NCBI RefSeq assembly: GCF_001194135.2
Contig: NC_068987.1
Span: 63,058,233 to 63,122,232 of the forward strand
Direction: 5' to 3'
Length of the DNA stretch: 64,000 nt
DNA from: Octopus bimaculoides
Taxonomy: Eukaryota
Positions 58,791-64,000 of this stretch are shown one piece after another; position 1 is the first letter of the stretch, and each line of letters opens with the position of its first letter. A program made the translations under genes and the position numbers. Under the pieces are notes generated by a model. The model was not told the DNA's origin. It saw only the letters and a program-made list of their open reading frames with translations, and ran no database searches.

Positions 58791-60567
58791 ATCATTATTG
58801 TTATTTCTTCACTTTTCTCAGTCTTTCCCTCCATAAAGGAAACACCCATCGTTTAATAAACTTCTCAAAGTCAATGAACAGTTCTAATTAACCTAAAAAT
58901 AAGATATAATTAACCTAGAAATAAGATATAATAATAGATTAAAGCAGATATGTTTTTAGATGCCATCAGTTTTGATAACTTAGCTAGTTACTGTAAGAAA
59001 TTACCGAAGAAGGAACTTTTACAAAGTTGTTTGACCTGCCAAAATTAGCAGCAAAATTTTCATTATACCACATCGGCTGTTAAAAATGGACGCATTGGAT
59101 AACATAGTTTGAGGTAAAAAAAAGAAAAAAGATTGGATGGTCATGATTTGAATGCCTTTGATTATATAGATCTATTTGATTAGAGCTGTCTTGGGTTAAA
59201 ACATTATCTATGAGGTATTTGAACTTGGTCATTGAAAATCAAGTACTTTGAGTGACACAATGGTACAGAGGCAGCGATAGAGTAAAAACTTTTCTACTCT
59301 AGGTACAAGGCCTGAAATTTTTGGGGAGTGGGGTCAGTCGATTAGATCGACCCCAGTACGCAACTGGTACTTAATTTATTGACACTGAAGGAATGAAAGG
59401 CAAAGTCGAAATTCTGCCAAGGTCGACTTTGACTTTCATTTTTCGCGGTTGATAAATTAAGTACCAGTTGCGTACTGAGGTCAATCTAATCGACTGGCTC
59501 CCTCCTCCCAAAAACTTTCAGGCCTTGTGCCTAGAGTAGAAAAGAATAGAGTAAAATCTATTAATTTTTCTCTTGATTGTACAGAACTCAACCGTTTCTG
59601 CTCTCAGAAATAAGTTATGGAAGAATTGTCAAGTTGTTAAGATTTCTTTGATGAAGTATGAAATTGTTATCGCAGGTATTTTGAGATGATGAGATGATTG
59701 TTATGACATATTTTGAGGTCTTGAGGTTCAAAAAAAAAAAAAGGAGCCATTCTTCAGGCTTAGGAAGAAGGATAGTGGTAGTGTCAGTCAGCAGAATCTT
59801 GCAGATTGAAACTGTCCACAGTATTGTTGCCAAGTGAAATTGGTATGTTGCTACGGAGTGATATAGAAAATACACACAGAGAATGGATTTTATTCATTTA
59901 TTAATGACTTACACACATTTGCATAAAATTTCTTTATTTGTTGCTTAAGGCTACCATTGGTGTCATGTTAAAAAAATATCTTAATATCCTAACAATTTTT
60001 CAAGCTGATCCCATAGTGGAATATATGATAGGATCCTTTCAGTTTCTATCTACCAAAGCCACTCACAATTCTTTGGTTGGCTTGAAGCTATAATAGAAGA
60101 CACTTACCCAAGGAGCTGTACAGTGGGACAGAACTCAAGACCGCATAGCTAGGAAGCCAGCTTCTTAACCACAGATTATATAATAGAACTTCTGAAGAAC
60201 CATTAAAATATTAAAAGCTGTTAACTGTTTTTCTATGGAAATCAGATATATCCACTCAAAATTTCATTACCCTTAACTGTGGAAAGCAGTTTTATATACC
60301 AAACTACCTTTTGTTGTGCAATGTCATGTTTGAAACTATTTTTTGTTGGAATCAGTCAAATTCACTGAGTTAACATAACTTGCAGAAAATACCAAATCTA
60401 AGTTTTGTTAGATATTTAACATAATTACTGGAATAACCATAAAATTTAATTTCACAGTTAAAAGGTTAAAACAAACCTATGCACATGCAGTGACATTCCC
60501 ATGAATGTCTATATGCACACACATAGAATTGTATACAAGTGTTTTTTTATTTCTCTTTCTTACAGTA

Positions 60568-60691
60568 ATGACAGCAATTAAACACACACTTCAGCGGGAG
60601 GTATTTCTTCCCGCTGAAGAAAGACTTGTTGGCCTAGTTCATGTTGCAAAAGCAGGAAAGAAGAAAAAGAGTAGTTTCTTGTGTGCAGCAG
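60568..60691 (+). CDS. EXOC1: Exocyst complex component 1 (Sec3), first coding exon
   Basis: Acceptor tttcttacAG at 60564-60565, ATG at 60568, donor GTaagt at 60692. Encodes [41 protein letters not shown], closely matching the metazoan EXOC1 N-terminus (MTAIKHALQR...KAGKKKKNCFLCA). Confidence 0.95.
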
Positions 60692-61772
60692 GTAAGTCTG
60701 AATATCACTCCCGTTTACCACGAAAAAAAACAGCAAAAAAACATCACTCTAACTACCCCATTTCTCATTGACAGTAAGCAGAATTTATGGTGTTAGGTAA
60801 TGCATATCAAATATTTAAATATAATCATAAAATCTATGTATTTAGTATTGCCTTTGGTCAGGCAGGACAAAGTTTAACAAATACTGCATTTGGTTAATGT
60901 TTAAGAAAAGGAGAGTCTTAATGTTTTGGGCATTAGTCTTTCATCAGCGAGGAAGTGAAATCAATGAGAGAGAGAGAGAGAGAGAAAATGGGATATGAGC
61001 CAGGCAGGAATGTGGTTCATGTGGGGGTGTAGGTGGGGAGTTAAGAAGTGTTTGAAAATGATCAAACAGTGGAGTTGTGTGTGTTTTTTTTTTTGGGGGG
61101 GGGGGTGTCTGCATGTAGAAATGTGCAGGTGTGGAAGTATAGTAGTGTAGGCTAGAGGGGGTGTGAGGTGTTGATGTGTGATTGTAAAGTGTGTATGGGG
61201 AAAGTGAAGATGTGAGGAGGTGAGAGCAGGTGTGTGTTTCAAGTTAAAGGGAAGGTAAGAATGTGGATAGTGCAAAGAAGTGTGTGCAGGGGTTTGAATG
61301 CAAGACACTGTTGCTTGGGAGATATGAACAAAAGAAGTAAAAGTAGGAGAAAAGGTTTAAGGAGAGAAGAGAAGAGGTCAGAGAAAAATGAATGATTATA
61401 AAAGACATTGGTAGAAGAAATGCTTTTACTAGTTCTGAGAGAGAAGTTATTTAGAAATCTCAAAAATGTTGGTGAAACATCTGAGGAAGAATTCTGTAAG
61501 AAAAATTGTGAATTCTGAGAGAAGCATTTTAGAAATTTCACAACACTAGCAAAACGTTTGGGGAAGCTGGAAAGTCCTTAAGATGTTGAGAAACTGGTAA
61601 AAACAAAAGAAGTTAAGAGAGGCAAATGGAGAGGAAAAAAGAAAGTGAAAGAAGTGTGTGTGTATACACTGGAGTGTGTGTGTGTTATACTCAGTATAAC
61701 ACTGTAAAAAAACTCATACAATATGATATACTATACACTATTCTATCTCGATGTCTCTTAACTTTATTTCAG

Positions 61773-61903
61773 TGACTGTTGATAGCCCTGTTCAAGCTCA
61801 TATCTACCAACTGAAGAAAGCAGACAAGGGCGAATCATATAAGAAAAAGTTGTCCTGGTTTCTTAGAGAACTGAAAGTGGTCGATGGCAAAGATGTCAAT
61901 AAA
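61773..61903 (+). CDS. EXOC1: EXOC1 second coding exon (Sec3 N-terminal PH-like domain)
   Basis: Acceptor tttatttcAG at 61771-61772, donor GTaagt at 61904. Phase is compatible. Encodes VTVDSPVQAHIYQLKKADKGESYKKKLSWFLRELKVVDGKDVNK. Confidence 0.93.
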
Positions 61904-62692
61904 GTAAGTATTACATTTGTTGGTTTTTAGCCCATGGATGATCTCTGGTCAATGTAGATAATTAGCTGAATGATTGGTGCAAGCCACAATACCAGATATG
62001 TCTTATCTCCACCTAGCTGAATTTGGGATCACATTGCTCTTTCTGACAAGCTTGTATGACTGAAAATCATTTTACAACTATCGCATGATGTGAAGACATG
62101 AAAGCACACACACACAAATACATGATGGGCTTGTTTTAGTTTCTGTCTACCTCATTCACTCATAAGGCTTTGGTTAGTCTGTGGCTGTAGTAGAAGACAC
62201 CGAAGGTGCCACTCAGTGGGACTGAATCTAGAGCTATAAGTTTGGGAAGCAAACTTCTTCCCACAGAGCCACATCAGAGAATATAAATCATAAATAGAAT
62301 TAGAGAGAAAGAGAGAAATTAGATGTGTTCTGTCTAGTTTCACATGTAATGTAGAATGACTTTTCTGTTAATAGATATAATATTGTTATGGATTGGAGTG
62401 AACATGGTCGTCTGGGCAGAAAATACAGAAATAAATTTGTTTGTACCTTCATTTTATGTTTTTTTTTTCTATGATAGCATAGGTTAAATGAATACATGTT
62501 AATAATCTTACAACTGGATGTTCTTGCTGGTGCTAACCCTTGTTTTGCAAATAAGGAATTTTTTTTACTGATTCCACATGTCTGTAAAAGTAGAGATCTA
62601 TTGGATGATTTCTTGTCAAGGAATTGTCAAACTTCACATATTGTGGATGCTATATTTTGCAAAATGCAACATAAACATTCACACAGATATGC

Positions 62693-62740
<48 letters not shown>

Positions 62741-63157
62741 ACACACTCACACAATGAACTTTGCACAGTTTACATCTACCAGAGTTACAGTCAAACATTT
62801 GTCTAATGTACTGTGTAAGTGGGACTGAACCTAAAATCACTTGGTTGAGAAATGAACTTCTTAACTGCAAAGCCCTATCTGTATCTAAATAAAGAAATAA
62901 AATGTATGCCACAATAAATCCTCATCTTCTGAAAAACCTTCAATTAAATATTGTGTAAACATGCTAGATATTGCTACAGTAGATATATTTTTATACAAAT
63001 ACATGCATACACACATGCTTACATATTTATATGTGAATGAATTTGAATGTGTGCGCATGTATGTGTGCATAAGCAATGAACTGTGTTTGTAATTTACTTA
63101 AGTTCAGTGTTGTTAATTTTAGCTTTTATTTTTAATAAAATATTTTTTGTGTTCCAG

Positions 63158-63259
63158 TTTTCAGAAATTGCAGAATTTGACCTCCATTTTGAGAAAGTTT
63201 ACAAATGGGTGGCCAGTAGCATGACTGAGAAGTCCAGTTTTATATCCTGCCTTTGGAGG
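63158..63259 (+). CDS. EXOC1: EXOC1 third coding exon; the gene continues beyond the window
   Basis: Encodes [34 protein letters not shown], matching the conserved [15 protein letters not shown] motif. Donor GTaagt at 63260. The exact acceptor is slightly ambiguous (see findings). Confidence 0.9.
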
Positions 63260-64000
63260 GTAAGTTCTAGCTTCCTCAGCTAAAGCACAACTCTTTGCTT
63301 GGACCAATGGATGTCTATAGCAGTTGTGGTCTCTTCTGAAACTATTCATCTTCCTATAAACCTAGGGTAAACTCTTGTCATCAATAATAATGGTTATTTC
63401 CAACAGAGTTATTCATCATCATCATCATCATTATCATCATCTAATGTTTGTTCTCCATGGTGGCATGGATTGCATGGTTTGACAGGAACTGGCTAAGTAG
63501 AAGACTGCACTAGGCTTCACTGACTGTTTTGGCAGGATTTTTACAGCTGGATGCCCTTCCTAACACAAACCCCCTTACAGAGTGAACTGAGTGCTTTTTA
63601 CATAGCACCAGTATTTCCCTATACTTATAAAATGTTAGCTTTTTCTCAATTTTCATATACATTTGAACTGTTTGTGTTGTATTTTTAAAATTCCTGTGGG
63701 GAAAATATCGAAGTTTTATAGAAAATATTAGATGAAATAAGTTTTATATACACTTTATTCTTTCATTAGTGAAGTTGATATCTCCTAGGTGGTTGAAAGG
63801 AGCCACGGTAATCCCCTGGATTGTACTTGGGTTGTTTCTTTTATTAGGACAATGACTGAATGCATCAAAGTTCCATCAAGCACAACTTGGCATGTTGATT
63901 GTTTAAAGAGAGGAAATAAATGATACAGTTGGTATGGGAAGAGCTAGACAAATGAAAAATTTATTTTATTCAGTTTATTTTAAATTAATGAATATTTTCG

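Overview
Eukaryotic, AT-rich, microsatellite- and transposon-dense genomic DNA from a gapped draft assembly (11 N-gaps). The repeat families and gene style point to an octopus or other coleoid cephalopod; this is an inference, not a database match. Two protein-coding genes are clearly supported, both on the + strand. (1) A two-box HMGB/Dsp1-like gene with three visible coding exons (42800-42954, 46212-46386, 48107-48931). Its first coding exon is not visible and may lie in a gap. Its last exon encodes an unusually long 274-aa extension: a Lys/Pro-rich linker, an (AAQ)6 repeat and an acidic tail of about 157 aa. (2) The 5' part of EXOC1/Sec3 (coding exons 60568-60691, 61773-61903, 63158-63259), which runs off the window. 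The rest is a full-length dead mariner, maT/Tc1/Tigger/hAT/piggyBac-like remnants, RTE, CR1-like and Penelope-like LINE fragments, and several tRNA-derived SINE families. The most notable non-gene signals are four minimal hammerhead-ribozyme-like motifs in unrelated (TA)n-flanked elements, a recurrent set of near-perfect fold-back hairpins (18-141 bp stems) in and around the two genes, and an array of AGGTCA nuclear-receptor half-sites at about 11.1 kb in a promoter-like region with no assignable gene. No tRNA, rRNA or CRISPR features were found.
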